Source: Sphyrna mokarran
Lineage: Eukaryota
Assembly (NCBI GenBank): GCA_024679065.1
Contig: JAGIQG010000009.1
Span: 91,016,001-91,080,000 of the forward strand
Direction of reading: 5' to 3'
DNA: 64,000 nt
This document shows, in pieces, positions 37,844 through 50,115 of the stretch (positions are counted from its first letter, which is position 1; every line of letters begins with the position of its first letter). The position numbers were made by a program, and so were the translations under genes. The notes beneath the pieces were generated by a model that ran no database searches, was not told where the DNA came from, and was given only the letters and a program-made list of their open reading frames with translations.

Positions 37844-39039
37844 CCCTATGGAAGATCACTGTTCGATCATCCCATGAGTCTTCTTTTTTGGAAGAGTGGT
37901 ACAGCCTGTCAATTCTTTTCTGGTATATGTATAACCCACTGATTTTTGGCTTTATCTTTGTAAATCTTTTCTGCACTGTCTCCAATGCCCAAGTGCCTCT
38001 ATATCCTTTTTAAAATATGGCAACCAGAATTACACACAGAAAGTGTGGTTTGATACTAAGGTTTGATACAACCATGACTGCCCTCCTTTTCAATTTGATA
38101 GAAATATAGCTGAGAACTTTGATTTCTTTTTTATGGTATCCTGTGGCACAACTCTTAATGATAAACATATTTGTGCTCTGTAATACCTCTTTTTACACCC
38201 AATTTAGATAGCTTTCAAGTAAAATGTTACTTCACTACTTCTACTAAAATGCACTATCTCAGTTTATCTGTGCTGAACTCCATTTGCCTATTTATTGATG
38301 CCCTCCAGCAATCCTTAGTATTGAATTACCTCGTCCCACCTCCCTATAAGTTGGTGCCATTTGCAATTTTCAAAATTGTGCTTTAATCCTAATTTCCAAT
38401 CTTTAATGCAAACTATGAATAGCAGCCTGATCATTGTGAAACACCCCTTGAAAAAATTCACTCATGCAGATTTCCTTCCCCAATGGGCAACAGTGAACCA
38501 GATAGGTTTTTACGACAATCAATAATGCTTTTTATGCTCCTTAGGAGATTTTTAATTCTAAATTTATTGAATTCAAATTTCATCATTTACCATGGTGGGA
38601 TTCAAATGCCAGCTTCTAGTTTATTACCCTGGGTTTCTGGATAGCCCAAAAATGATCCACCACCTCCCCTAACATTCTGCCACTAACCAAAGTTAGTTTC
38701 TTTTCTTTCTGTCTTGAAGACAATTAACAATACATTCTACCACTTATTTCCGACTCCACATTCTCTGACTTTATTCATTAATCTATTATGAGGCACTATG
38801 TCAGAGGTCTTTAAAAAATCCAGACAAATTATCTCTACTGCATTATAATTGTTCACTGTTTCCACAATCTCCTTGAAACAATCAACAATGTTACCCAAAC
38901 AAGGTTTTCCCATTGGACATTTATGCTAACTATTCATTGTTATATTTCCCATTTCTCGAAGTTCTTCTTTTCCCTCCTTTAGTAAGAATTCCCAAATTTT
39001 TCCTACTATTATCATTAACAAGGTTTGAATGGGAAGAAT

Positions 39040-39835
39040 TATATTGTCCAAAGAGGTAAATGCAAGAAAATCTTGAAGATAAGTTAATAAAAATTGGAGG
39101 GAAAGGCTGAGGGGCAAAAGACTGAATTTGGACTTAACATGTATTTGGAGGGCTGTAAGGCACATAATAAAAAGATGAAGTATTTTTCCTGGAGCTTAAG
39201 TTGTGCTTCCTCGCAACATTGCAGCAGGCCAAGGAAAGAGGTTTGAAGTTGGAGCAAGGTGGAGAACAAGTAACAGGAGGCTCAGGGTTATACTTATTGA
39301 CAGAACAGAGGTGTTCTGAAAAATGGCCACCCAGTCTATGCTTAGGATCCCTACTGGGTGGCACAGTAGCACAGTGGTTAGCACTGCTGCTTCACAGCTC
39401 CAGGGACCTGAGTTCAATTCCCGATTTGGGTCACTGTCTATGTGGAGTTTGCACATTCTCCTCGTGTCTGCGCAGGTTTCCTCTGGGTGCTCCGGTTTCC
39501 TCCCACAGTCCGAAGATGTGTGCGTTGTGCGTTAGGTCGAATGGCCATGCTAAAAATTGCCCCTAAGTATCCTGAGATGCGTAGGTTAGAGGGATTAGTG
39601 GGTAAAATATGTACGGATATGGGCATAGGCCTGGATGGGATTGTAATCAGTGCAGACTCGATGAGTGAATGGCCTCTTTCTGCACTGTAAGGTTCCTATG
39701 ATTCTATGAGACCACATTGTGAGCAGTGAAAACAGTATAATAAATGTAAAAATGTGTAAATCACAGTATCACCTGGAATGATTCTTTGAGGCCTTAGCTG
39801 GTGAGAAGACAGGAGGTAAAAGGGCAAAGGAGAGA
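39040..39835 (-). mobile_element. Old Penelope-like relic interrupted by an HE1 SINE
   Basis: LGLLQCCEEAQLKLQEKYFIFLLCALQP and KHRLGGHFSEHLCSV. Confidence 0.72.
39356..39709 (+). mobile_element. HE1-type SINE, nearly complete
   Basis: A box TAGCACAGTGG, B box GTTCAATTCC, V-domain core and CR1-like tail with CTATGATT repeats. Confidence 0.92.
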
Positions 39836-39855
39836 CTGTGTATCACTACTCTTAT

Positions 39856-40108
39856 CAGATGTCTGGTTTGTATTTTTCATTATCGTCTTCAGGTTCTCCT
39901 TTGCAATGGTACGATGTTTATTTCTTTGATTTGTGAGATATTTCCAGCACTCTGCACCAAAAGAGTCTGTCATCCACTGCCGTCGGGAGACTATTTGTTG
40001 AGTACCACTGTCATGATAGGCAACTGGAACCCCATTGATCATTCCTACACCAATGTAAATCAGTCGTGCCAGAGGTGGCCAAATACATTACAGTAAAGGC
40101 ATTACTAT
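39856..40108 (-). pseudogene. MHC class I alpha1 exon, frameshifted, donor mutated
   Basis: DSNAFTVMYLATSGTTD/YIGVGMINGVPVAYHDS..RRQWM..W..IMKNTNQTS; frameshift at about 40055-40058; donor reads G|ATAAG. Confidence 0.92.
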
Positions 40109-40225
40109 CTGTAAAACAAACAATTTGAAGACAAGTTAATAGACATTTACAAACATTAACACCCAACTGAAGCTTATTCACAGATTGACAATCTTCAGTA
40201 ATCCCAAAATTATATCAACAACAGA

Positions 40226-40520
40226 AACATAGTAGAATCCTACAGTGCAGAAGGAGGCCATTCAGCCCATCGATTTGCACTGAATACAATCCCACCCAGG
40301 CCCTACCCCCATAATCTCATGCATTTACCCTAGCTAGTCTTCTGACAGGAAGGGGCAATTTAGCATGGCCAATCCACCTAACCTGCACATCTTTGGACTA
40401 TGGGAGCACTGCAGAAACAGGGAGAATGTACAAACTCCACACAGACAGTGACCCCAGCTGGGAATCAAATCCGGGTCCCTGGCGCTGTGAGGCAGCAGTG
40501 CTGACCAGTTGTGTGACTGT
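40226..40520 (-). mobile_element. HE1-type SINE
   Basis: Head, B box and tail on the minus strand. Confidence 0.85.
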
Positions 40521-41139
40521 CTGAGGTTTGGGATGGGGTGGGGGAGGAGGAGGAGGGTTGGGTGGTGGGAGGTGGTGGGGGAGCCATGGGTGGTCGGTTA
40601 AAGTTGGGTGATCAGGGATTGATTGGAGATGTTGGCTATGTGGCTTAGTTGAGTTCCACAGACTGGCCACTGAGTTAGAGCAGGTACTGAACTGTGCAAC
40701 ATCTCCTAGCCCAAAACTCTGATACTAAGCTCAGCATTGGAGATTTCACAGGGGGTGCTGGGAAGCAAGAATTAGTCCAACAGAAGGTTAAACTTAAACT
40801 TTCTAGGCTAACACATTGCATGTGTGTGCATCTGGAAATACACAGGGTCCAGATATATGCCTCATGTCTCATCTCCAAACATCTGGAGATTGAAAAGTTC
40901 AGGCCAGTTAATCTTCAAAGTGTCAAGAGCTAAGTAGGCACTAGAAAATTCCCTAATGGAAGATAAAATGTCTCGCAAACTGCCCATCCATTCCTTTTAA
41001 TTCTTTCAAATCAAGTATAACTGGGAGTCTGAAACCAACAGCTTATTTTAAAACTTGTGGACAACAAAGATTGAAAGAAATAGTTGTTTGACTCCAATTC
41101 TAGTAAAAGTGCAGAGAAACAGAGTCAATGGCAAAGAGA

Positions 41140-41495
41140 GAACATAGAACATAGAACATTACAGCGCAGAACAGGCCCTTCGGCCTTCGATGTTGCGCCG
41201 ACCAATTAAGAAAAAGCAATAACCCTCTAACCTAAACCATTCCCTTTTCATCCATAAACTTATCTACTAACCTCTTAAATGTCACCAAACTTGGCGCATC
41301 TACAACTGCAGCAGGCAGGGCATTCCATACCCTTACCACCCTCTGGGTAAAGAACCTACCTCTGACATCCATCCTATAACTACCGCCCCTTAATTTAAAG
41401 CTATGTCGCCTCGTGCTAGCTTTCTCCATTCTAGGAAAAAGGCTATCACTGTCCACCCTATCTAAACCTCTAATCATTTTATATGTTTCAATAAG
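41140..41495 (-). mobile_element. CR1 3' fragment
   Basis: LIETYKMIRGLDRVD..FFTQRVVRVWNALP; (TTCTATG)n tail. Confidence 0.92.
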
Positions 41496-41529
41496 GCAAA
41501 CAATAATAAAGACGTGGGGCATACACATA

Positions 41530-41760
41530 CAGGGAAAAAATCAGAAACAGAGAGAGACAGACCAAAGGCAAATACAATAAGAAAGAGACATGAAGAGAGA
41601 GAGAGAAAAAGAGAGAAAGACAGAGAGACAGTGAGTAAGAGAGAGAATAGACAAGAAAGAGAAAAAAAAGAGACAGAGGGATAGAAAGAGAAACAGAGAC
41701 TAGAAAGACAGACACAAAAATAAATCCAAAGAGAGAGAGAGAGAGAGAGGAGAGGCAGAT
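41530..41760. repeat. GA-rich degenerate microsatellite
   Basis: Direct inspection. Confidence 0.85.
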
Positions 41761-41998
41761 GGCATCAATGGCCAGAATCTCTTGATCCCTCCCAATCCCA
41801 CCAAAGTGAATAGACTTTTGAATGACTCACTGCATCCATTGCACCTGGGCCACATCCCAGCCACAGAAATAGAGACAGAGAAAAAAGGATTAACACACAC
41901 AGTAAGTGAGATACTATCAGTGTAATATTGTAGCACATATCCTTTACAGGTATTGACACTCCCACTTTTAGTAAACTCCTCAGGAATTTACAGCAAGA

Positions 41999-42025
41999 GT
42001 GTGTGTGTGTGTGTGTGTGTGTGTG
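41999..42025. repeat. (GT)n microsatellite
   Basis: Direct inspection. Confidence 0.95.
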
Positions 42026-42081
42026 CGAACGAGAGAGAGAAAGGGTGAGAGTGAGAATGGAAGAGTGAATTCTGTACTTAA

Positions 42082-42133
42082 CAGGAGAGACCCAGGAAAA
42101 ACACAGGGAGATGGGGAAAAGGATCAGCAATAT
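42082..42133 (-). pseudogene. MHC class I leader exon (ATG>ATA, donor GT>TT)
   Basis: (M>I)LLILFPISLCFSWVSP plus phase-1 G; G|TTAAGT is one change from G|GTAAGT; joins alpha1 as Asp. Confidence 0.8.
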
Positions 42134-43359
42134 TCTCGGAATCTAATGTCCCAATTCCAATCTGACTGGGTGTTAAAACACTCTAAGAAATGATAGGGAA
42201 CAAAGAAAACAACAGCTCTGTTCAGACTCTATTCTCTAACTCAGACCTTTTCCTGAACTTCAATCATTTCCTGAACTGAAAATGGAGATCCAGCTGATGA
42301 AGCATTGTTCAGAAAACAGAAGCTTCAGAAAAATAACCAATTAAACCATTGCCAGCCTGTCATAGCAACTAGGAAGTTCAAACACAGTTCAGGCTGGGAA
42401 ACACGTAGGCCTGGAGTTTGCGAGGTGGTTTTGTTTAATGTGGGTTATCTGGTATCTGCTATTTCTTCTGAGAAAGTGAGCAATATGTCCCAAACCTGCA
42501 AAGTTCAGCCCTCAGAGTGAAATTAAAGAGATTTCATTCAATAGCGCCAGTACAAAGAAAGGAAGCACTGTGATCCTGGACTTACCCATTGCACTAAACA
42601 TATTGACCACTGGTTCACTCCCCTCAAGTAATCTTAAACAGGCGCTGAGCAAAATGGAAATATACCACGACATTACAGTGAGACATCACCTTTAATAAGA
42701 TGATCATCACACAGAGAGATCACAAAGAAACCCATTGAGCAGGAGGACAGTGAGGGGCAGGAGTCAAATTAACAAGAGACTGAGAAAAATAAATCAAATT
42801 AACAGGAGTAGTTCAAATCTACAGAAGAGTGAGGAGAGGGAGTTAAACTGGCAGAAGAAGAGTGGTTATGTTCACACTTCCCAAAATCCTCAACACTTCC
42901 AAGCACTATCACTGATTCATTTAATCCGAGATACTTTATGAAGATGGTTACTTGTAGATTTTTGTATCCCATTAGGCATGAATGGTACATTAAGACAAAA
43001 TCATTTATAATTGTTTTAATATCCTAATTTAGTCGTCTAAATTTTCTAGTTTCTGGATCAACACACTAGGAACTGAATTGAGAGATGCGCATTGAACTTG
43101 CACAACTCCTGATTATCAGGCATATAGATTCACGAGAATTGCCATGTCTGGTCTAGAATTTTACACTGATTGAACTGCTCCAATGTTTTCTTTGACAGTT
43201 GTGAGACTCTCACTGAAATCTAAACAACCACAAATACTTGGACTACATGCCCAAAAATTGTGCAGAAAATTACACTGATTAGCCTAGACAATGTCATTGC
43301 TAGTAGAAGACCAGGGGCATGGATTTAGAAGAGTTCCATTTGCTGGCCATTTATTACGA

Positions 43360-43625
43360 GTTACTCACCTCCTAACTTTCCAAAACCTTTCTATTATCTA
43401 CAAGGCACAAGTCAGGAGTGTGATGAGTGCAGCTCTAACTTGAATGCTTCAAGAAGATTGACATTAACGGGACAAAGCAGCCCACTTGATTGTTACCCCT
43501 TTCAAAAGCATTCACACCTTCCATCACTGACAAACAGCCCTATTTACTATCTGCATGATGCACTGGTGGAACCCATCAAGGTTCCTTAGATAGCATCTTC
43601 GAAACCCATGACCATTCCTATCTGG
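43360..43625 (+). mobile_element. Fragment of the second LINE family (ORF C-terminus)
   Basis: ATCTACAAGGCACAAGTCAGGAGTGTGATG, colinear with the reverse complement of 28370-28690. Confidence 0.65.
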
Positions 43626-43627
43626 AA

Positions 43628-44400
43628 CTGTAGTCTCCAAATAGTCAATCGCGATCAACAGGTCGATCCCAGAGTCTCAAGTGAATTGTCACTGCCTGCC
43701 AAACCTCACCAAAAGTGCATGAGACTCACGGTTCTCAAAATGATGAGTGAATCAGCTTATTGCTTACTGAACTGTGTCTAAATCTTCAAGAATCAGACAC
43801 AGAGATTCCTCCAGGCACCAAAACTTGTAATAAGCTGGGTGAACACAAAATGACGAGCAAGGAGCCAGGATCTTCTAAAAGGTGAAAACCTACAAATTTC
43901 ACCTGGATGGGAAATTAAATTTTTACAAAAGTCAAAGACAAGATAATTTGTTTCATTTGTCAACAAGAATATAGTCTCGAGTAAAAGAGGTAATTTGGCA
44001 TGACATTATTAACAATGCATGCAAAATTTCAATAAAATTTCTCTTCTGGGGATTTAGCAAGTTGAATGAAGAAAGTAGAGGGGCTAAAAGGGAATTTTGA
44101 AAACTCAACAGTCACTCGACAAAACTTGTGACTAAAGGCAAAGCTGGCAAAGAGGTTTCTTTTTGGATTGGTCATCTGCTGGCAAAACACAAGAAACCAT
44201 TCATTGATGTTGAAGTTATCAAGCAGGCTATGATAGTTGCTGCTGACACCTTGTTCAAAGACTTGTCACTTTAACAATGGAATTGTTATCCAAGAACATG
44301 TATCAGAAAATACACTAAGACTTATCAGACTGTGAATGTCCCTCACTGCAGTTTGATTACTGTAAATGACTTTTGGATGTTTTGGATGATGGATTTTGTG
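43628..44400 (+). mobile_element. hAT (SPIN/GTF2IRD2-like) DNA transposon relic
   Basis: ICFICQ..KRGNL and FWIGHLLAKHKKPFIDVEVIKQAMIVAADTLFKD. Confidence 0.8.
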
Positions 44401-44559
44401 ACCATATTACACAAATAGAAGTCATTCTTTTTCTGGGAAATGCTATGCATATTATAACCCATTGATGGAGAAAGTACACCAACTCACAGTGGCATTGACC
44501 AAGGTATTGTGTACAGGACTCTTACTGTAGGCTCCAGAGTGAGTAAATTTTGCCAGCCT

Positions 44560-45601
44560 GGTCACAAGTCCTTGAAGATGGCAGCACAGGTGGAGAAGGT
44601 GGTGAAGAAGGCATATTGTATGCTTGCCTTTATAGGAAGGGGTATAGAGTATAAAAACTGGCGTCTAATGTTGCAGTTGTATAGAACGTTGGTTAAACGT
44701 TTGGAGTACTGCATCCAGTTCTGGTTGCTGCACTACTGGAAGGATGTGAAGGCCTTGGAGAGAGAGTGCAGAGGAGGTTTACCAGAATGCTGACTGGTAT
44801 GGAAATCTTAGCTATGAGGAGAGATTGGGCAAATTGGTGTTGTTCTCCCTGGAAGATGGAGAATGAGGGGAGACCTAATAGAGGTGTATAAGATTATGAA
44901 GGGTACAGATAGAGAGAACAGTAGGAAGCTTTTTCCCAGGTTGGATGCGAAAATCACAAGGGGTCATGGGCTTAAGACGAGAGGGCGAGGTATAATTCAG
45001 GTATTAGAGGGAGGTTTTTCACACAGAGGGTTGTGGGGGCCTGGAATGCACTGCCAAGTAGGGTGATAGAGGCAGGCACACTAGAGTTGTTTAAGGCTTA
45101 CCTAGATAGGCATACACGGGGTGGGTCACACGAGGGCTGCTCTTGGATGTTGCTTCGAGAGTTGCCTAATGCTTCACGTCATTAATGTACACTTAAACTG
45201 GACCGATTGACGGGCAACATGATAGCTCAGTGACTATCACTGTTTGCTGTGCAGTTACAGGGACCCGGGTCGGATGTCTGACTTGGGTTGGTGTCTGTGG
45301 GAATTTGCACATTCTCCCCGTGCTTGCATGGGTTTTCTCCAGGTGCTCTGGTTTCTTCCCACACCCCAAAAACGTGCTTTTAGGCTGACTGGTGTTAATA
45401 AATTGTCCCTAAATTGGATCTTCTTTAATCTGGTGCACATATAATTCTCTAAATTTGCATCCCTTTATTGTGCAGTCTATGAGATGTAGACAAAAGTCAT
45501 AGGTAGAAAAAGGATTGGAATGAGGCACTCACTGAGTGTTAAAATGGGCGGCACAGGCTTGTAGGGCTGAAGGGCCTGTTTCCTGTGCTGTGTTGTTCTT
45601 T
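44560..45601 (+). mobile_element. CR1 subfamily B 3' fragment; UTR retains a more SINE-like head
   Basis: ORFs 44509-44793 and 44863-45066; UTR with CAGGGACCCGGGTCGGATG at 45258-45276. Confidence 0.9.
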
Positions 45602-47398
45602 GTCACACCAGGCTGACAAATCAAGTACTCAGGGTTAAGCTAAAAAGAACATTTATTGGGAATTACAAATCCATATAGAAGATTAATAAACAATTAACAA
45701 ACAACACAATATTAAACTTACATCAAATTTTGAATTAACCAAAATAACAAATGTAAGGTGAACACATCCCACTGTTAATACATCAAGGAGTGATGGGTTG
45801 AAAGGAACTCAGGTCTGTACAGACTCACCCTGAATCCCTCACCATACGCAGAATAGTTGTCCTCTCAGAAGGGAGACTGCAAACATGGTATTAGTCAAAC
45901 ACTTGACACCTGAAGAGGATCTGTGTACATCCACATCTTCAGAGTCTGATTCTACACCATACCTACTCCCGAGAACTAGTTTAGTTACACACATACACTC
46001 AAATTAGGGGAAACATTCTCAGAATACTAGACTGAAATTTCCTTAGAATCGCTGTGTTCTAGTCTGGCTTCCAATTCCATTGGTCACACATGACACTACT
46101 TACACATAATGGAGCTTGTTTCCATCATACAAATGGTTAGATCCTAAGTGGTCACATAGCTCCACGGACCAGTTTCCATTCCTGAAAGACAGTTTTCCCC
46201 AGGTGAGTTGGACAAAATTTTCTAATTCCTAGCTCTCTTTCCTTTGACCCTCCATTTACCAAAATGCTTTGTAGTCATCAATCTGGTTTAACCATTCCCT
46301 CATCTCCATCTTCTATACACTTGTTCCCAAAATTAACATTTACTCTTGTTCTTTTCTGGTCAATCTCCCTGCTGTTCTAGTCCAAGGGATGAACATTTGG
46401 GCGTATCAGGTATACGTGCTGTTTAGGTAGCCAATGCAGATTTGACAGAGCCACATCAAGGACTAATGGTCCTGTTTTCCTGTCAAAACTGCTATTACTC
46501 CATAATGTTGCATAACCTTTCTTTTCAGATAACAATCAGATAATAGTTTCCTTTTGATGCATCGAATAAATCTGCCTCCACCACAGTCTCACAAACTGCA
46601 TTCTGGATCCAATGTGTGAAAAGGATCTAATCTATTCAGATCCCTCATGGTTTTGAAGACCACAATCTCCTTATCTTCTTTTAGGAAATCTCTCTGGGAG
46701 GCATGTGATTCCCTCTATCAGATTTGTAGTTCATTTCTGTAAGAGGTTAGTGATCCTATCAATAAACTATTTGGGTGCGCAGGATATATACAGCACAGAA
46801 TCAGGCCATTCAGCCCAGATAGTGCAATTTGGTTTTTATGCTGCTGTTGAGCCTGTTGACAATTTTTTAAATTTAAATCCTTGTATTCCTCACTCCCTGT
46901 CATGGATTTGCCTAGTGACAGCAGGACTCAGAATTAATAAAAGGAATGATAGAATGTAATCTACTCAGCAACATGGAAGAATATGCCTGGCAACAGCAGT
47001 TACCAACATTCAAAGGGGATGATAAGATGCATCCTGCGATGAGATTAACAGACATCAAATAAGATCAGATGTAAAAAGCCCTATCATCAGAATCAGATAA
47101 TTAAGATGATTAATAAATCAGTGGAGGCATACAAATGCAAATTTTCAAGAGTCAAGGAATGAGAGAGACAGACTGTCAATATACAGAAGGCAGAAGCAGA
47201 GAGGCCCGTTTATCATCCATCAGCAAGCCAGTCAACAGCAGAGGCCACTTTTTAAAGTCTTACAGCCAAGCTATTGCAGAAATTTTTGTAAAGGCAGTTT
47301 AACTATTGTCACATGGTCAGGCAAAGATGCTTCCCTGACAGGATCATTGTCCTGGTAATGTGTCGTAACTGTAACTGGGTTTTACTCATAGACTTATT

Positions 47399-47738
47399 TA
47401 TAGAATCCTGCTGTGCAGAAAGAGACTCTTCGGCCCATTGAGTCTGCACCTAACACAATTTCACCCAGGCCCTAACACCATACCTCTAATATTTTACTCA
47501 CTAATCTCTCTAACCTATGCATCTCAGGACACTAAGGGGCAATTTTATAGCATGGCCAATCAACCCAACCTGCACATCTTTGGATTGTGAGAGGAAACCA
47601 GAGTACACGGAGGAAACCCACGCAGACACGAGGAGAAAATGCAAACTCCACACAGACACTGATCTGAGTCGGAAATCGAACCCAAGACCCTGGAGCCGTG
47701 AAGCAACAGTGCTAACCGCTGTGCTACCGTGCTGACCC
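47399..47738 (-). mobile_element. HE1-type SINE, nearly complete
   Basis: GGGTCAGCACGGTAGCACAGCGG head and GGTTCGATTTCC B box on the minus strand. Confidence 0.9.
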
Positions 47739-47974
47739 ATAACTGTATTATGGTGAATGCTGTTTGGCAACTTGTAGTTCAGATATCGTAAATGTAGTTT
47801 GAAAACATGGGCAATTTTCAGATCGTGTATGCTTATTAATTCCAATGTTTACTTGTATAGTCCTGTTTGTGTGTTTGTCTTTTCTTTAATTCAATAAGTA
47901 ATCTTTATTAATTGTTACCCTATGACTTTGCGGCTTATTCTGATATGGAGATGCCAGCATTGGATTGGGCTAAA

Positions 47975-49240
47975 CACAGTAAGAATTCTTACAACAGCAG
48001 GTTAAAATCCAACAGGTTTATTTGGTAGCAAACATCATTCGCTTTCAGAGCGCTGCTCCTTCGTCAGGTGAGTAGGAGTTCTTTTCACAAACAGGATATA
48101 TAAAGACACAAACTCAATTTATAGAATAATGATTGAAATGCGAGTCTTTACAGCTAATCAAGTCTTAAAGGTATAGACAATGTAAGTGGAGAGACCATTA
48201 AGCACAAGTTAGAGAGATGTATTGTCTCCATACAGGACAGTTAGTGAGATTTTGCAAGTCCAGGCAAATCATGGGGGTTACAGCTAGTGTGATATGAATC
48301 CAAGATCCCGGTTGAGGCCGTCCTCACGTGTGCAGAATGTGTCTATCAGTCTGTGCTCAGAGACTCTGTGCTGCTGTATCGTGAAGGTCACGTTGGAGAA
48401 TGCTTAACCAAAGATCAGAATGCCACGACCGCTGAAGTGTTCCCCAACAGGAAGAAAACAGTCTAGCCTGGTGATTGTTGCAGTATTCATTCATCTGTTG
48501 TCATAGTGTCTGCATGGTCTCTCCAGTGTACCATGCCTAGGGACATCCTTTCCTGCAGCATATCAGGTAGACAACGTTGACTGAGTTGCAAGAATATGTA
48601 CTGTGAAACTAGTAGATGGTGTTCTCACTTGAGATGATGGCACATCTTGCAGAGATTGCTGTGGCAGGGTTGTGTGGTATCGTGGTCACTATTCTCCTGA
48701 AGGCTGGGTAGTTTGCTGCGGACAATGATCTATTCAAGATTGTGCGGTTGTTTGAAGGCAAAAAGTGTTGGTGTGGGGATGGCCTTGGCAAGATGTTCGC
48801 CTTCATCAATATATGTTGAAGGCTCCGGAGGAGATGTTGTAGTTTCTCTGCTCAGGCGAAGTACCAAACAACAAAGGCTACTCTGTCCACTGTGCCCTGT
48901 GTTTGTCTTCTGAGGAGGTTGGTGCGGTTTTTGCTGTGGCGCGTTGGAACTGTCGATCGATCAGTCGAGCACCATATCCTGTTCACATGAGGGCATCTTT
49001 CAGCATCTGGAGGTGTCTGTTGCAATCTTCCTCATCTGAGCAGATCCTGTGTATCTGGAAGGCTTGTCCGTAGGAGTCGGCTTCTTTAACATGTTGAGAA
49101 GTGGAGCATCATGAGGTTATCCGTGGGCTTGTGATATAGTGAGGTGTTGAGGTAACTGTTCTTAACAGAGGTGCATGTGTCCAAGAATACAACCGATTCT
49201 GGAGAGTAGCTATGGTGAGTCTGATTTTGGGATGTATCAT
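47975..49240 (-). mobile_element. Penelope-like element 3' half (RT thumb, GIY-YIG, hammerhead motif)
   Basis: FLDT..TSLYHKPTD and NVVYLICCRKGCP*AWYTGETMQTL; CTGACGA..GAAA at 48036-48076. Confidence 0.88.
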
Positions 49241-49845
49241 TCCTACAGCTTATTCTCACAGATAGTTTCACATGGCTCCTCACACCATTTCAGAGCAAAA
49301 ATATACACCCATCATGAACTAGTGTCTCACATTGAAATGTTTTGCAAATAACATCAGCATGGCTTATAACACTGTCTCAGATGATTGTCTAGCTTCTCCT
49401 TAAATATATCTATACTAATCATTTCAATCACTCTCTGTAATAGCAAGTTCCACATTCCCTTCATTCTGAGGTACTTGCCTCTTGTCCAGAACAAGAAAAA
49501 CCTTGAAACATTTTCTTCTGAATCACCTACTTCCTGTTGCTGAGGAAATCTGCCCAAAGATATAGTGAAAGACTCTCCTAATATCTCCTTCTATACCTTG
49601 AGTGTCATTTTTTTCTGTGATTTTCTCTGATTATGTTTGTACAAAAAACCTTGAGACATTTGAGTATATTAATGTATAAATGCAAGTTGTTGTTGTTGAA
49701 GGGTTGATTCCTCATTACCACCTCAGTCCCTGCAATCCACAAAGTACTAACCTGGAGTAATTGGCCTCTAGTGCTCTGTTCCAGTGTAGACCCATACAGT
49801 GAAAGTTGTGAGACAATGAAGAGTATCGAAGTCAAGATAAATTCT

Positions 49846-50115
49846 GGGTAGCATGGTGGCACAGTGGTTAGGACTGCTGTCTCACAGCACCAGAGACCCC
49901 CAGATTTGATTCCTGGCTTGGGTGACTGTCTGTGTAACTCTGCACATTTTCTCTGTGCCTTGGTGGGTTTCCTCAAGGTGCTCCAGTTTCCTCCCACATT
50001 CCGAAAGATGTGTTTGTTAGGTGCATTGGACATACTAAATTCTCCTTTGGCGTACCCAGTCAGGCACCAGAGTGTGGAGACTAAGGGATTTTCACACTAA
50101 CTCACGTGAATAAAT
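49846..50115 (+). mobile_element. HE1-related SINE
   Basis: GGGTAGCATGGTGGCACAGTGG head and core. Confidence 0.8.

Larger units (their letters stand above)
21480..42133 (-). pseudogene. Nonclassical MHC class I heavy-chain pseudogene (5 recognisable exons, all phase 1)
   Basis: Leader, alpha1, alpha2, alpha3 and TM exons in correct order, with lengths 52, 253(+8), 276, 279 and 120 nt; at least 7 inactivating lesions. Confidence 0.93.

Noticed and set aside
39356-39430. tRNA-like A/B boxes (also 4455, 47670, 49846, 55636 and 3604-3678)
   Set aside because: SINE heads without a complete cloverleaf; not tRNA genes
45601-46533. Possible solo LTR (TGT...ACA)
   Set aside because: No TSD, second copy or internal sequence seen
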